From IMG/VR virus record IMGVR_UViG_3300021255_002251: a DNA stretch of 57,601 bases. One strand, written 5' to 3'. Each line of letters begins with the position of its first letter. The stretch's first letter is position 1. This document shows positions 1 to 9,939 of the stretch, piece after piece. The notes under the pieces are model-generated. The model saw only the letters and a program-made list of their open reading frames with translations, did not search any database and had not been told where the DNA came from. The DNA is from a virus (lineage: Duplodnaviria > Heunggongvirae > Uroviricota > Caudoviricetes). A program made the translations under genes and the position numbers.

Positions 1-360
1 TCATGCCCTAAAGTTCCTATCTCCTTTGTTTACTATCGGTGAGATAGTCAGCGACCACGGTCGTGCCGTAAGCGTTCCACCATATTTTTCTTGTATTTTT
101 ATCTTTGGCTTTCGTTCATCACCCTTTAGATAAAGGAACTTCCCATTAATCTCTATTAGTCCTGTAAGCTCTTCCCTATAGTAGTCGTTCTTTGCAACCA
201 AATCCCTAATCCGATCGCATAGCCGATTTGCCATGTGGATATTTGTCACTGTGACATGGTGGAGATGCAAGATGTTGTAGCAGGTTTCATTGATGGATTT
301 AACTTCTTCCAGAATGTCTTTCGCTTCAACTTTCAAAGCATTATAAGCAGTCACAATCAT
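1..360 (-). CDS. hypothetical protein (runs to window edge)
   Basis: ORF on the coding strand of the operon, start overlaps stop of 357..566. Confidence 0.55.
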   Translation of the reverse strand: MIVTAYNALKVEAKDILEEVKSINETCYNILHLHHVTVTNIHMANRLCDRIRDLVAKNDYYREELTGLIEINGKFLYLKGDERKPKIKIQEKYGGTLTARPWSLTISPIVNKGDRNFRA

Positions 361-566
361 TTCTTTCTCCTCACTATTAGTACAACGGCCCTCACATCAC
401 CCATGTTATCAAAAACATTGAGAGTAGGGGATACCTCGCAGCCAGCCCACCTCTCATTAAGCCCATCTGCACCGCAGGCTCTTGCCACCTTCACGAACAC
501 CTTCTTGCCCTCTTCATTATTGACTTCTCTTTCTCCCATAGACGATTGCCACCATGTGCTGGTCAA
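357..566 (-). CDS. small protein resembling a free-standing phage C5-MTase variable-region module
   Basis: EVSPTLNVFDNMGDVRAVVLI resembles the PTL..D..V repeats of phage cytosine MTases. Confidence 0.45.
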   Translation of the reverse strand: MTSTWWQSSMGEREVNNEEGKKVFVKVARACGADGLNERWAGCEVSPTLNVFDNMGDVRAVVLIVRRKK

Positions 567-735
567 TAGTGTTCAATGTGTACATACATCCTTCGTCTGA
601 CAAGCCAAATCCATTTCCGCCAACTCTTTCCTTTGTCGTGTACCTGAACTTCATCTTGTCAGAGTCTATGGCATATACCTTACGGATTGGCGGCTTCTCC
701 CTCGCCATTAGTCGCCTCCGTGTCAGTATCCTCAA
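517..735 (-). CDS. small protein resembling a free-standing phage C5-MTase variable-region module
   Basis: GGNGFGLSDEGCMYTLNTIDQHMVA matches the GGNG.G..E...YTL.T.D.H.VA module of phage MTases. Confidence 0.55.
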   Translation of the reverse strand: MRILTRRRLMAREKPPIRKVYAIDSDKMKFRYTTKERVGGNGFGLSDEGCMYTLNTIDQHMVAIVYGRKRSQ

Positions 736-1195
736 CTACTTTCTTGACTTCCTCCGCAGCAAACTTCGCACCTGCGTTTATGAAGTCTTGGCAGATTCCG
801 ACAACATCATCCATATACCTGTCCCCCATCTTCGCCTGCATCATATTCATCGTGAAGAGCCAGTTCTGAAAATCCACAACTGTCTTTCCTATCGCACAAA
901 GTAGCACTAGAAAACCTATCGGAGCGATTATCCATACGTAATGCGACAATGTAGTTTCCATAGACATTCCTACAGTAAGCCCAGCGACCCATGCAATAGT
1001 CCATAGGTCTAAGAACATGACAACCCGATGCCTACGGCTCATGGACACCTGCAACGTTTTTACATTAACCTTGTTGTCCTTTACGGTTATTAGCTGTTCT
1101 GGACGTCCATTATCTCCAAACGTCAAAGTAGTGTCTTTTCTAATCTTGTTGACAACTAATTCATCTTGATTTTCTTCTCTCAATTCTTCTTCCAT
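680..1195 (-). CDS. predicted membrane protein
   Basis: two hydrophobic segments (WTIAWVAGLTVG, VWIIAPIGFLVLLCAIG). Confidence 0.7.
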   Translation of the reverse strand: MEEELREENQDELVVNKIRKDTTLTFGDNGRPEQLITVKDNKVNVKTLQVSMSRRHRVVMFLDLWTIAWVAGLTVGMSMETTLSHYVWIIAPIGFLVLLCAIGKTVVDFQNWLFTMNMMQAKMGDRYMDDVVGICQDFINAGAKFAAEEVKKVVEDTDTEATNGEGEAANP

Positions 1196-1292
1196 GACAT
1201 TCTCCTAATAGACTATCATATCGTCAGTGTTGCACCTTCATGGGGCTATGCATACTTGATTCATATGCCCGAACAACTCTTAATTGAACAAC

Positions 1293-4103
1293 CTAGTTGT
1301 CTTCCTCCGACTTGAGAAATTGCCCCTCCTTCTTGGTGGCTATGACATTAGCATCCTGCGTTGTACCTACTGCGGCATCACCACTCGCTATGAGCGTTGC
1401 CGCCGTCTCACCTCCACTGACGTTTATGACGCCATTCGGAAGATCGGGCATTTGTTCCTTCCCAATCGTGAAGTGTTGTTCTTGCTGCTCTCCAAAGTCT
1501 TCTTCTGGTAGTATCGGATTTCCATCCTCATCGACCTCGAAATCATCCCCATCATCATCGTCCTCATCAATGTCGCTCTCCACTTCGCTCTTGCGCTTCG
1601 GTGGCATGGGAATAATATCGTCGAAGTTGGCAACCTGCGAGATATAGCGCTCAAAGCATACCCTCGCGCTTTCCTTCTCCGAAAGGTCATTTTCCTTCTT
1701 CTTGGTATCCTTCCCATTGAGCGCAACCCACTTGACGATACTGGCATTTTCGCGAATTGTACTGATAAGCGCAATATACAAGGCTCTAGGAAGTTCCTTG
1801 CCCCTCGTCTCCGCTCTACGGAGTATCCCGAAGCAAGCCCTCCACGAAAGATTGTACTTCTCATCAGGGTTCTCTTCAAGGACATCGCTCAACCCGCAAA
1901 CTGTCTCATCGTATGCTTCAGGAAGAAGATCGTTGGCCTCGAGCCAATCCTTGTATTTCATCACTACCTCCCAAGCCTTGTATGTCTTTGGAGACAACTG
2001 GATTCCACTAGTCCATTCGTGACAATTCATCGTAAGAATCCTGCCGTTGGAAAGGATACCGGCATTCCCGATATTCTCCAATATCTGCGGTGAAATCTTT
2101 TCCGCACCTTCCCATTGAAGTTCACCAGCATCCTCTTTCGCCTTGAGTTCATCAAACTTCTTTACCGCTTCTTTGTCACTGTTCGCTAGAGCCTCACGCT
2201 CATCTTCCGTAAGCATACAAAGCGCAGTCTTCTTGTCTGTTCTAAACACAGGCCCTATGTACCCCGGTTCACCAACCTTCTTGGCAAACTCATATATCGT
2301 CACCATAGGCAGTTTGGAGAAGTCCGCATCTTCTGGCATCTCATCAAGAGGTATCATTTGCGACACTTTCTTCGCCTTCGGCTTATCATCGTCTGATGCA
2401 GCGAATAGGTCTAGGAAGCCATCGTCCTGCTTCTTATCCTCCTTATGATTGTTAGCCGCTCGAATAGCCTCTACGTCCGCTTCTGGATTGAGTTCCTTGA
2501 ACCCAAGCCCAGGTATTCTTTCTGGCGGATTTCCAGTAAGTGACTTTTCGTATTCAAACACGATACGAGAAGGAATCCGCCAGTCATTTTCACGATAGCC
2601 CACGAGCCAGATTCTTCTTCTCCGCTGCGGAACTGCCCTTGGGAATTCCTCAGTCATGGTGTACTGTGCATCCAAGACACGCCATGCCATAGCATACCCG
2701 CTTTCAGCACACTTGTTTACGAACCAGATGAAGTCTGCTCCTCCATTTGAACTAAAGGCCCCTGGGACATTTTCCCAAATCGTAAATGTCGGCTTGCATT
2801 CATCAATGATGCGCTGGAAGTGGAATGCAAGAGATGACCTGCTTCCAGAATCTTCAGCCATGCCCCTGCGCTTGCCGGCCACTGAGATATCCTGACAAGG
2901 TGTACCCCCAGAAAATACCTGCAAATCTCCATCCTTGAAAGCAAGTTCCTGTATCGGTGCTTCCTTGAAGCATGTCGGCAATGAGTAATTTTCCCCTTCT
3001 GCATGGGAATTTGTGATAATTCCCTTTTCGATATCGAAATGAATCTGTGTCATGTCTCCGAGGTTCGGTACGTTTGGATAGTGAACTGCCAAAACACGAC
3101 AAGGGAACGGTTCTATCTCAGAGAAGAAAATCGCTTCCCAATCGAGATTGCGAACGGCAACAGAATGTGCCTCTATTCCAGAACAGCATGTTGCATACCT
3201 AATAGTCCCCTCATACCCAAGACGCCTCAGTTCCATCTCCATGCGAGTCGAAACAAAGTATGCGCATGGAGTTGCCCAAGAATTTCCATGCGATTTGAAT
3301 TGCGGTGCATCAGCAGTTTCAGAGCCATCTATTTTTGTATAGTCGTCTGGGAATCCCTGGAGTCTAGATGTTTCCGTTGGAGTAAGACGGCGAACAACAC
3401 ACAGTTCCTCCCCCTGCTCATCTTCTCTTTCAACAACAGTCTTTGTAAGATGAGAAGCAGCACCATGAGTAGATGCCGCCAATGTCCTAGCGGCTTCATC
3501 CTGACAATTCAACTGGTCTTGCTGGTGTGGGGCATTGGCATTGATATCCTTAATCGCATCTGACATTGAAGAATAACTGCCATTACCATCTTTTGATATC
3601 GACTCTCTTAAGGAACAAAGTGCATCCAATGTCTCATCTATAGTAAGAGTCCCTTCTGACACGATACGAAGCAAAGCCTCTGAAAGGTTGATGATAGATA
3701 CGACATCCTTTCCTTTCCCAATTGCATTTTCGATAATCTCAACTGGACTTGCCTTTTCCATTGTTTCTTTCCTTTTCGTTTTCCTTATGATGTACTTAAA
3801 ATTGTCTTGGTTCGAATTTTTCCGATAGATTGAAGCTTCTATCGTTCCGATGACTGGTACTCCCCCATTATCGCAAGCAAGGGTTGAAGAATCGGTGACA
3901 GTGCTACAAGAAAGTGCCTTGACACCACCCATATCGACCGCAACCACATTAGTCTCGAAAGGGCGGTTCTTGCGAATCGCCACTTTAGGCCCTGTTGACA
4001 TTGAGTGTCCGACATAGGTTGTGACTGAAACAGATGTTTCTCCTGTGTCGCATAGGTTGTACACGTCGATTCCACGGCAGTATGTGTCCTTTCCAAGCGC
4101 CAT
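1293..4103 (-). CDS. DNA (cytosine-5)-methyltransferase, circularly permuted (IX-X-I-IV-VI-VIII)
   Basis: RRLTPTETSRLQGFPDDYT (IX), GNSW (X), YATCCSGIE (I), GGTPCQ (IV, catalytic PC), WENVPG (VI), QRRRRIW (VIII). Confidence 0.92.
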   Translation of the reverse strand: MALGKDTYCRGIDVYNLCDTGETSVSVTTYVGHSMSTGPKVAIRKNRPFETNVVAVDMGGVKALSCSTVTDSSTLACDNGGVPVIGTIEASIYRKNSNQDNFKYIIRKTKRKETMEKASPVEIIENAIGKGKDVVSIINLSEALLRIVSEGTLTIDETLDALCSLRESISKDGNGSYSSMSDAIKDINANAPHQQDQLNCQDEAARTLAASTHGAASHLTKTVVEREDEQGEELCVVRRLTPTETSRLQGFPDDYTKIDGSETADAPQFKSHGNSWATPCAYFVSTRMEMELRRLGYEGTIRYATCCSGIEAHSVAVRNLDWEAIFFSEIEPFPCRVLAVHYPNVPNLGDMTQIHFDIEKGIITNSHAEGENYSLPTCFKEAPIQELAFKDGDLQVFSGGTPCQDISVAGKRRGMAEDSGSRSSLAFHFQRIIDECKPTFTIWENVPGAFSSNGGADFIWFVNKCAESGYAMAWRVLDAQYTMTEEFPRAVPQRRRRIWLVGYRENDWRIPSRIVFEYEKSLTGNPPERIPGLGFKELNPEADVEAIRAANNHKEDKKQDDGFLDLFAASDDDKPKAKKVSQMIPLDEMPEDADFSKLPMVTIYEFAKKVGEPGYIGPVFRTDKKTALCMLTEDEREALANSDKEAVKKFDELKAKEDAGELQWEGAEKISPQILENIGNAGILSNGRILTMNCHEWTSGIQLSPKTYKAWEVVMKYKDWLEANDLLPEAYDETVCGLSDVLEENPDEKYNLSWRACFGILRRAETRGKELPRALYIALISTIRENASIVKWVALNGKDTKKKENDLSEKESARVCFERYISQVANFDDIIPMPPKRKSEVESDIDEDDDDGDDFEVDEDGNPILPEEDFGEQQEQHFTIGKEQMPDLPNGVINVSGGETAATLIASGDAAVGTTQDANVIATKKEGQFLKSEEDN

Positions 4104-4139
4104 CTATTCTACCATATCCTCCGTGTGCCTTTCAAGTGG

Positions 4140-4889
4140 TCATGCCACTCTCTTCCCAAGTTTTATGCCATATGCAACTGGTGCGAACTTCTTGGGTAGT
4201 TGTGAATATGAACAGATTGGTTTCCCATTCTCATCAACCGCTGGAATCTCCCTGCCATCTTCACTAACTAGGTTTATCCCAGCAATCTCAAAAACCATTC
4301 GATTCTCATCACCGCTCAAGTATCCTCGATTGAGTTTCAAATATCTCTTTCTAACTCCAGAAGAGAAGAACTTGTCACAGTAATACTGGTTTAGATTACG
4401 ATATTCTGTAGTCTTCCTTCCGCTCTCGATCTCACGAAAGAATTCATCCTTTATAGTCATAAAGGCGGTATCCGACTTTGACTTGCTCCTATTTGGGATA
4501 GGAAGACCAAGCCCTATCTCATTGCCCAATTCTGCTTCTATTTCAGCCTCTATCAAATCATTCACGTCCTGCGGAATATTGGGGTGCCTAAAGTACCATT
4601 CATAGGCCTGTTTCTGTGTTTGCTTACCAAAGTAGTCGCACCCGCTCGGATTTGCTCCGCATTGGTTGAATAGAATAGTTTCTATCACCTTGCGGGCAAT
4701 AGACCCCTTTACTGTTTCAACTGCAGACTTATAAGGTACAAGGAGAGAGATTTCCCAATACTCTGGGTGGATTATAACTATCCGTGTGCCATCTACCATG
4801 TCGGAGGGCAACTTAAACCTAGACATTCCCTCCTTGATTTTCACAAGGAGGGAATCCACTTCGTCCTGGCTAATTTTCCTAGTTTCCAT
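4140..4889 (-). CDS. protein with C-terminal ASCH/PUA-like domain
   Basis: MTIKDEFFREIESGRKTTEYR is the ASCH G.K..E.R signature; start moved to METRK (4889) to avoid overlap. Confidence 0.75.
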   Translation of the reverse strand: METRKISQDEVDSLLVKIKEGMSRFKLPSDMVDGTRIVIIHPEYWEISLLVPYKSAVETVKGSIARKVIETILFNQCGANPSGCDYFGKQTQKQAYEWYFRHPNIPQDVNDLIEAEIEAELGNEIGLGLPIPNRSKSKSDTAFMTIKDEFFREIESGRKTTEYRNLNQYYCDKFFSSGVRKRYLKLNRGYLSGDENRMVFEIAGINLVSEDGREIPAVDENGKPICSYSQLPKKFAPVAYGIKLGKRVA

Positions 4890-4911
4890 TGTGTCTCGCA
4901 ATGACCTTGGA

Positions 4912-5655
4912 TCAATCGTCAGACTTGAGGTAAGGCTCGCCTTTGATGCGCTTGATCGAGAATCCTTTGCCATAGAGAATCTTTCTAACCATACCAACAT
5001 GATAGTTGTCGTAGTATTCCTTGGCGAAGTCCATCAGTTCATCCCACTTGTAGCCCTTGTTGATTGCATCAAATCGAAGGATTCCGTATGTCTTTAAGGG
5101 AGCATTTGTCCCATAAGCTCTAAGAGAAGCCCATACTTCAAGAAAGTGATGCTCAGAACCCGTAAACCCGAAGCACCTGCAAGCCGCACCACGAGTAACT
5201 ATGCGATTTTTCTTGTCCTTCGCAGTTACCTTCTTGAGCCGCTTAATACACTCGTCATATCCGACCTTGGCTACAAGAGAACCTGGTTTGGCCTTGTGCC
5301 GAAGTGCAGTATTCTTCGTGATATTATCTGGCTTATGATTCCCAGCCATCTCTTCCTGCGTGAAGAAGAATGCCTCCTTGCACGTCTGATTCTCGGTAGT
5401 AATGATATCTGAGATTCTACGTGCATACTCCATTGCTCGATTCAGAAGAGTATCCTGCATCTTCTGATTCTCACTCATTGATTTTGGCTCAATCCTTCGA
5501 TTGACCACATCGTTCACATCGTTCCTGATGCTTACGTTCTTCTCTATTGCCGCCTTAATCGTCTCCAGAAGGAGAGGACATATTTCAGCAATCTTGACAT
5601 GCTGCCCATTAGGGGTGCTCATTGTTTGTTTCCTTTGTTTTTTTTTGTTTTGCAT
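4912..5655 (-). CDS. hypothetical protein
   Basis: 247 aa ORF in operon orientation. Confidence 0.7.
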   Translation of the reverse strand: MQNKKKQRKQTMSTPNGQHVKIAEICPLLLETIKAAIEKNVSIRNDVNDVVNRRIEPKSMSENQKMQDTLLNRAMEYARRISDIITTENQTCKEAFFFTQEEMAGNHKPDNITKNTALRHKAKPGSLVAKVGYDECIKRLKKVTAKDKKNRIVTRGAACRCFGFTGSEHHFLEVWASLRAYGTNAPLKTYGILRFDAINKGYKWDELMDFAKEYYDNYHVGMVRKILYGKGFSIKRIKGEPYLKSDD

Positions 5656-5696
5656 TTGCGCATCCTCCCCCCTTCAAGAGGATAGCGCGACAGTTA

Positions 5697-6632
5697 TTAG
5701 GCATCCTTCATAGACTTCGGAAGGATTGCGACTTCGTTCTCCAAAGCCTTGTCGAGAATCCAGCGACAAGCCTTGTTCGAGTCGTGGTCTGGAGAGACAT
5801 AGTGCTTGCCCTGCAAGCCCGCAATAAGCGCATTCGCCACCGTTGCGAAATTGTAGGAATTGCGCCCTGCCTTCTTGACTTCGCTCGCCCTAAGTCGAAT
5901 CGTCTTGTTGATGATTTTCATCATCGTATGCTCCGGGGTTGAGATTTTCAGCATCTCCCCAGCCTTGGCGCTCTTGACGATTTCAATGCAGTCCTTCAGG
6001 CATCCAGTAGCCTTTGCAACGAGACACACGGCAGCACCCATGTCAGCAGTAAAACCGTTGTTAACGAGCGGAGCAACGGCCTCAATTTCATAGGCATACA
6101 TCTGCCCAATCTCATCATACACCGAATCAGGCACAACCGGGAATGTGTTGAATGCCGTCTTGATATACGTAATCTTCTTCCGAAGAGCCGCAATAGTCTT
6201 GGCATGGTCGATACCCTTGTGCTCCAGCCGCTGCGAATAGGTACGGGACTTGTTAATGTCCATCCTATCGTATGCCTGCTCAATGTGCGACTGATCGCCC
6301 TTAAGCGTGACGAGAAGAAGCGGAATCGCAGGATATCCAGCCTCCTTGATTGCAATGAGCCGATGCTGCCCATCGCGAAGGTATCCGTTCTGGTCCCGGA
6401 TAACGGGCTGCCCATTGAACACATAACGTCCGTTCTTGATGTCAATGGACAGTTTCTTCATGTGTCCAGCATTCAGCCTACGGTTGCGCAGGTTTCCGTC
6501 AAGAAGCCTGTCCACAATCGCCTTGGTTGTGACGATGTATTCAACGGAACACATGTCATTCTCGAAGCGATTGTGGCGGTTGGCGAACTGCCGTGCGGCT
6601 TCTGGCTTGTAGTTTTCTTCTTCCTTGTTCAT
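5697..6632 (-). CDS. ParB/Srx-like (DGQHR motif) protein
   Basis: RNRRL...KLSIDIKNGRYVFNGQPV...LRDGQHRLIAI. Confidence 0.75.
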   Translation of the reverse strand: MNKEEENYKPEAARQFANRHNRFENDMCSVEYIVTTKAIVDRLLDGNLRNRRLNAGHMKKLSIDIKNGRYVFNGQPVIRDQNGYLRDGQHRLIAIKEAGYPAIPLLLVTLKGDQSHIEQAYDRMDINKSRTYSQRLEHKGIDHAKTIAALRKKITYIKTAFNTFPVVPDSVYDEIGQMYAYEIEAVAPLVNNGFTADMGAAVCLVAKATGCLKDCIEIVKSAKAGEMLKISTPEHTMMKIINKTIRLRASEVKKAGRNSYNFATVANALIAGLQGKHYVSPDHDSNKACRWILDKALENEVAILPKSMKDA

Positions 6633-6675
6633 TGTTTTTCTTTGTCCTTGTCTTTGGTTTGTTGTTTGTTTTTTG

Positions 6676-6990
6676 TTACTCTTGGGGCTGTTCGAGGTTT
6701 CTCTTTACCTCACACCAAGCATCCAGAACTTCATCCAGAGGCTCCATCACGATGCAGGCGGTCTTGGCATCCATTACAACCGTACCTCCATGCTTGTAGT
6801 CCTTCTGAATTGAAGTCACGGTAGCAAAGTCGATTACAATCGGAGGATTGAGGACGTCAGCATCCCCCGTTTTCTCCGCAACCTTCTCTGCATTCAGTGA
6901 ATCCACTCCATTGAGCTTCTTGTGAAGCCTAACGAGAGTCCCCTCGAAAATCTCAATTGGAGGATTCTCTCTTGCCATGTTGTTTCGCAT
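6676..6990 (-). CDS. hypothetical protein
   Basis: ORF between co-oriented genes. Confidence 0.65.
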   Translation of the reverse strand: MRNNMARENPPIEIFEGTLVRLHKKLNGVDSLNAEKVAEKTGDADVLNPPIVIDFATVTSIQKDYKHGGTVVMDAKTACIVMEPLDEVLDAWCEVKRNLEQPQE

Positions 6991-7025
6991 TATCTTTATT
7001 CATCCTTCCTTGTGGGTTGTAAATC

Positions 7026-8078
7026 TTATGCCGCCATCCTCATCGTCTCATTGTAGATGACATTGAAGATGTTGGAAACCTTCTTTGCGCGAGTTCCGAT
7101 AGCACCAGTATAGGCCACTTCCGCCGCATCCACCGACTTCTTCGTGCTTGTCGGATTGTAAATCGGGTATGTGAAAGCATTGAAGAGCTTCCAAGCTGTG
7201 TCCCCCTCGATTGTCTGGGCCGTCTCGCCACTCTCAAACTGCTTCATGACCTCTTCGCGGACATTATCCGTTCGGGTGTGTCCAGCCTCACTACTATCCT
7301 CCTTGAACGGATAGATTGTATCCATGACATTGCGAATGAACTCCGAGTTGATGCGCACCTTTGCAAATCCCTCAGACTTGCGGCGAATCTCACGGGCTTT
7401 CTCAATGCTCGCATAGATAACCTTGAGCGCATCTCCGACATAGAGGTTAGCATTCTTCGTGTGGCGGATAGAAAATCCATCGGCCTTTGCCTGACGAACA
7501 GCGGCAGGAATCTGATTCTGGCACCAAAGGCGAACGTTCGTAAATCCAATGATAAGCGAACCATATCCATTGCAGGGATTGGAGAACATCAGGCGCATCG
7601 TATTCGGAGAATTGTCCCCATTGATGTGGTACTCATCGCCAATCTGCGCCATGATGAGACCGGTTCCGCCGCCATGAATCGTCCCAACCGTCTCAAGTGA
7701 CATCTCAGGAACCTGCGGCATAATTTTGTTTGTAATGTAGTCGAACACATCCATGTGCTGGACGGGTTCAAACTTCTTTCCGATTCCAGCCGAAGGAATG
7801 AAATCGTTGTTGTCCTCACGGACGAGGTGGAAGTGTCCGGGAATCGGGCGTCCTTCTGCATCATAAGATGGACGCTTCCCAATCGTGAAGTCGAAAGCGG
7901 AACGTACCTCCATAGGGTCAAGCGAAGTGCGCTGCACTCCATCCGTGTTGAACACCCTCGCAAGTCCCTTGATTGCGAAGCACTTGTCTGTTTCTGTCAT
8001 TGCTATCATTGTCTTTCTCCTTGTTTTCTTTGTTGTTGTCCTTGTTAGTTTGTTTCCCTTGTGTGGGCTACGGCACAT
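7026..8078 (-). CDS. DUF932/DUF945 phage-plasmid protein (true start probably MIAMTE about 8009)
   Basis: GKKFEPVQH, ETVGTIHGG, VRLWCQNQI, IRHTKNA, TAWKLFNAFT motifs. Confidence 0.85.
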   Translation of the reverse strand: MCRSPHKGNKLTRTTTKKTRRKTMIAMTETDKCFAIKGLARVFNTDGVQRTSLDPMEVRSAFDFTIGKRPSYDAEGRPIPGHFHLVREDNNDFIPSAGIGKKFEPVQHMDVFDYITNKIMPQVPEMSLETVGTIHGGGTGLIMAQIGDEYHINGDNSPNTMRLMFSNPCNGYGSLIIGFTNVRLWCQNQIPAAVRQAKADGFSIRHTKNANLYVGDALKVIYASIEKAREIRRKSEGFAKVRINSEFIRNVMDTIYPFKEDSSEAGHTRTDNVREEVMKQFESGETAQTIEGDTAWKLFNAFTYPIYNPTSTKKSVDAAEVAYTGAIGTRAKKVSNIFNVIYNETMRMAA

Positions 8079-8107
8079 AGTATATCACATCGCCGTTCGG
8101 GTTTCAA
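8079..8107 (-). promoter_or_regulatory. sigma70-like promoter
   Basis: TTGAAA-17-TATACT followed by ATGTGCCGT. Confidence 0.75.
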
Positions 8108-8125
8108 TAGGGGGTAGAAAAATAA

Positions 8126-9214
8126 TCACACAAAATCTCCATCCCCATAGTCATAGTCTGCTGGTAGTTCTTCTTCTTCCTGCTCCTGTGGCGGAGGTGG
8201 TTGAGAAACCTTCGTTTTCTGCTTATCTGGCTTCTTGACTTTTGCCGCTTCTTCGCCTGTCATTCTTGATTTCTGAATAGCCTTGTCAAGCATACCCAAA
8301 GATGCACCTTCCGCATATCGTTTCTTCTGAATAAATTTAATATCTTCTCTTCTGGTTTCTCTGACATCTGGATATGCTATCCCTGTCTCTACATTTGATT
8401 TTGCACTCCTCCTGTTCCCACCTACTCCATAATATTGCGGTGGTGAGTCTTTGTCTTCTATCTCTTCTATCTTAGGCTGCTCCCTCCCGTCGATACTACA
8501 CCCAACAACAGAAATGATTTCAGCAGCTAGCAACTTGTCGTCCCGCACCTTCTTACCATTCTCTGCTAGGACATACCTATGAACATCTTTCGACCAATCG
8601 GCTTGTACATTGTTGTGCCGCCGCAAATGAAGTTTCACATGCTCTGTTGCAAAGTCTACAAGGACATACTTCCCATTTGCTAAGTCTCTATATATCCATA
8701 TTCCTTTCTCATCCCACAATCTGATTAGAGCTGGTGCTCTTTTCTCTATGAATCCATGCTTTGTAAGGAAGCAATTGCACTCATTCGTAAGTTCAACCTT
8801 CCTGACAACTTTCCCGACCTTAATCCTAATGTCTGCTTCCTGCGTGACATCATTTCCTATTTCTATTCTCCGCTGGGCATCGTGCCCATTGTGTTCTACT
8901 TCTATCCCCTGTTCCTTAAGCATCTCTATCACAAGATCTTCGACAACCCATCCTGATATCACGTCTTTGAAGTATTGTGTAAAAGAACGGTTCTTCCCTT
9001 TTCTCCTTATAGTATAAGGGTCTTTAGCACACTTGAGATAGTGGTTTTTTAGTTCACCATCCTTCGCCATTATTGCTTTAGACTTCTTCTCGTCGTTTTC
9101 ATCCAGCGCCATAATCTTAAGAGCAAGAGGATAGTATCCGAACTTGCGACAAAAGTCTATAATATGGCACCCAGATTTTGCGAACAGCCATTCTTCTATA
9201 TTCTTCGCTCCCAT
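8126..9214 (-). CDS. putative PD-(D/E)XK nuclease-fold protein
   Basis: GWVVEDLV...EADIRI...KVELT pattern; start coupled to upstream stop by TAATG. Confidence 0.5.
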   Translation of the reverse strand: MGAKNIEEWLFAKSGCHIIDFCRKFGYYPLALKIMALDENDEKKSKAIMAKDGELKNHYLKCAKDPYTIRRKGKNRSFTQYFKDVISGWVVEDLVIEMLKEQGIEVEHNGHDAQRRIEIGNDVTQEADIRIKVGKVVRKVELTNECNCFLTKHGFIEKRAPALIRLWDEKGIWIYRDLANGKYVLVDFATEHVKLHLRRHNNVQADWSKDVHRYVLAENGKKVRDDKLLAAEIISVVGCSIDGREQPKIEEIEDKDSPPQYYGVGGNRRSAKSNVETGIAYPDVRETRREDIKFIQKKRYAEGASLGMLDKAIQKSRMTGEEAAKVKKPDKQKTKVSQPPPPQEQEEEELPADYDYGDGDFV

Positions 9215-9939
9215 TAGTGTTCCTCCTTGGCCCATGGCACCTGTCTAATTTGCAAGTTCTTTGGAAACTCTTCTATCTTGTTCGTAAACTTTCCATACGG
9301 CAAGACAATCTGCTTCACGAATACTGGTACAGAAGCGTCTCGGCATTGATTCACGATACTCTCGATCCATTCGATCCTGCAAGGGCGTCGGTTTGCTCCG
9401 CTCTCACATCCAACTACGACCCATTTCGGAAGAGCATGTGACTTATGAAGTCCCATATCTATCGGGCCAAGCATCGGCTCAACTGAAATCCAGAGTTTTG
9501 CCCAGTACGGAAATGACTCTCTCACAATCGACATTCTCTTGTCGTACCAATCCTGATCTTCCGCTGTGAACCCGAAGTAGTGCTGGAAGGTCGTAAGCCC
9601 TTCTACTTCATTAAGAGCTTCACACATGTTCTGCACCCTCTTCGTAAGCCAAAGATATGTGGAATCGCTCCGCCAGTCGATTGCGCTCTTGATTATGTTT
9701 GAGGGGCTTGAGACCCAGTCTCCAAACAAATCTGTCACATTACCACAAAAGCAAATACCTTTCTTTGGCGGATTCTTCTTCTTTGATGCATGTGGAGAAA
9801 ACGAGATGTTGAACCTATCCGCCCATGCTTCTGCATAACAGTTCTGACAGGCCGGAGAGATCTTCTGGCATCCGATTATTGGATTGAACGTATCCGTCCA
9901 GTATACGGCCTTTTGCCATTGTATGAGATTGTCAGGCAT
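9214..9939 (-). CDS. DUF5131 / phage Gp37Gp68 family protein
   Basis: WTDTFNPIIGCQKISPACQNCYAE, WISVEPMLG, WVVVGCESG, VFVKQ. Confidence 0.9.
   Translation of the reverse strand: MPDNLIQWQKAVYWTDTFNPIIGCQKISPACQNCYAEAWADRFNISFSPHASKKKNPPKKGICFCGNVTDLFGDWVSSPSNIIKSAIDWRSDSTYLWLTKRVQNMCEALNEVEGLTTFQHYFGFTAEDQDWYDKRMSIVRESFPYWAKLWISVEPMLGPIDMGLHKSHALPKWVVVGCESGANRRPCRIEWIESIVNQCRDASVPVFVKQIVLPYGKFTNKIEEFPKNLQIRQVPWAKEEH

Noticed and set aside
5697-6632. DndB of a phosphorothioate system
   Set aside because: The DGQHR motif is present, but no dnd genes are nearby; the context fits phage ParB-like proteins.
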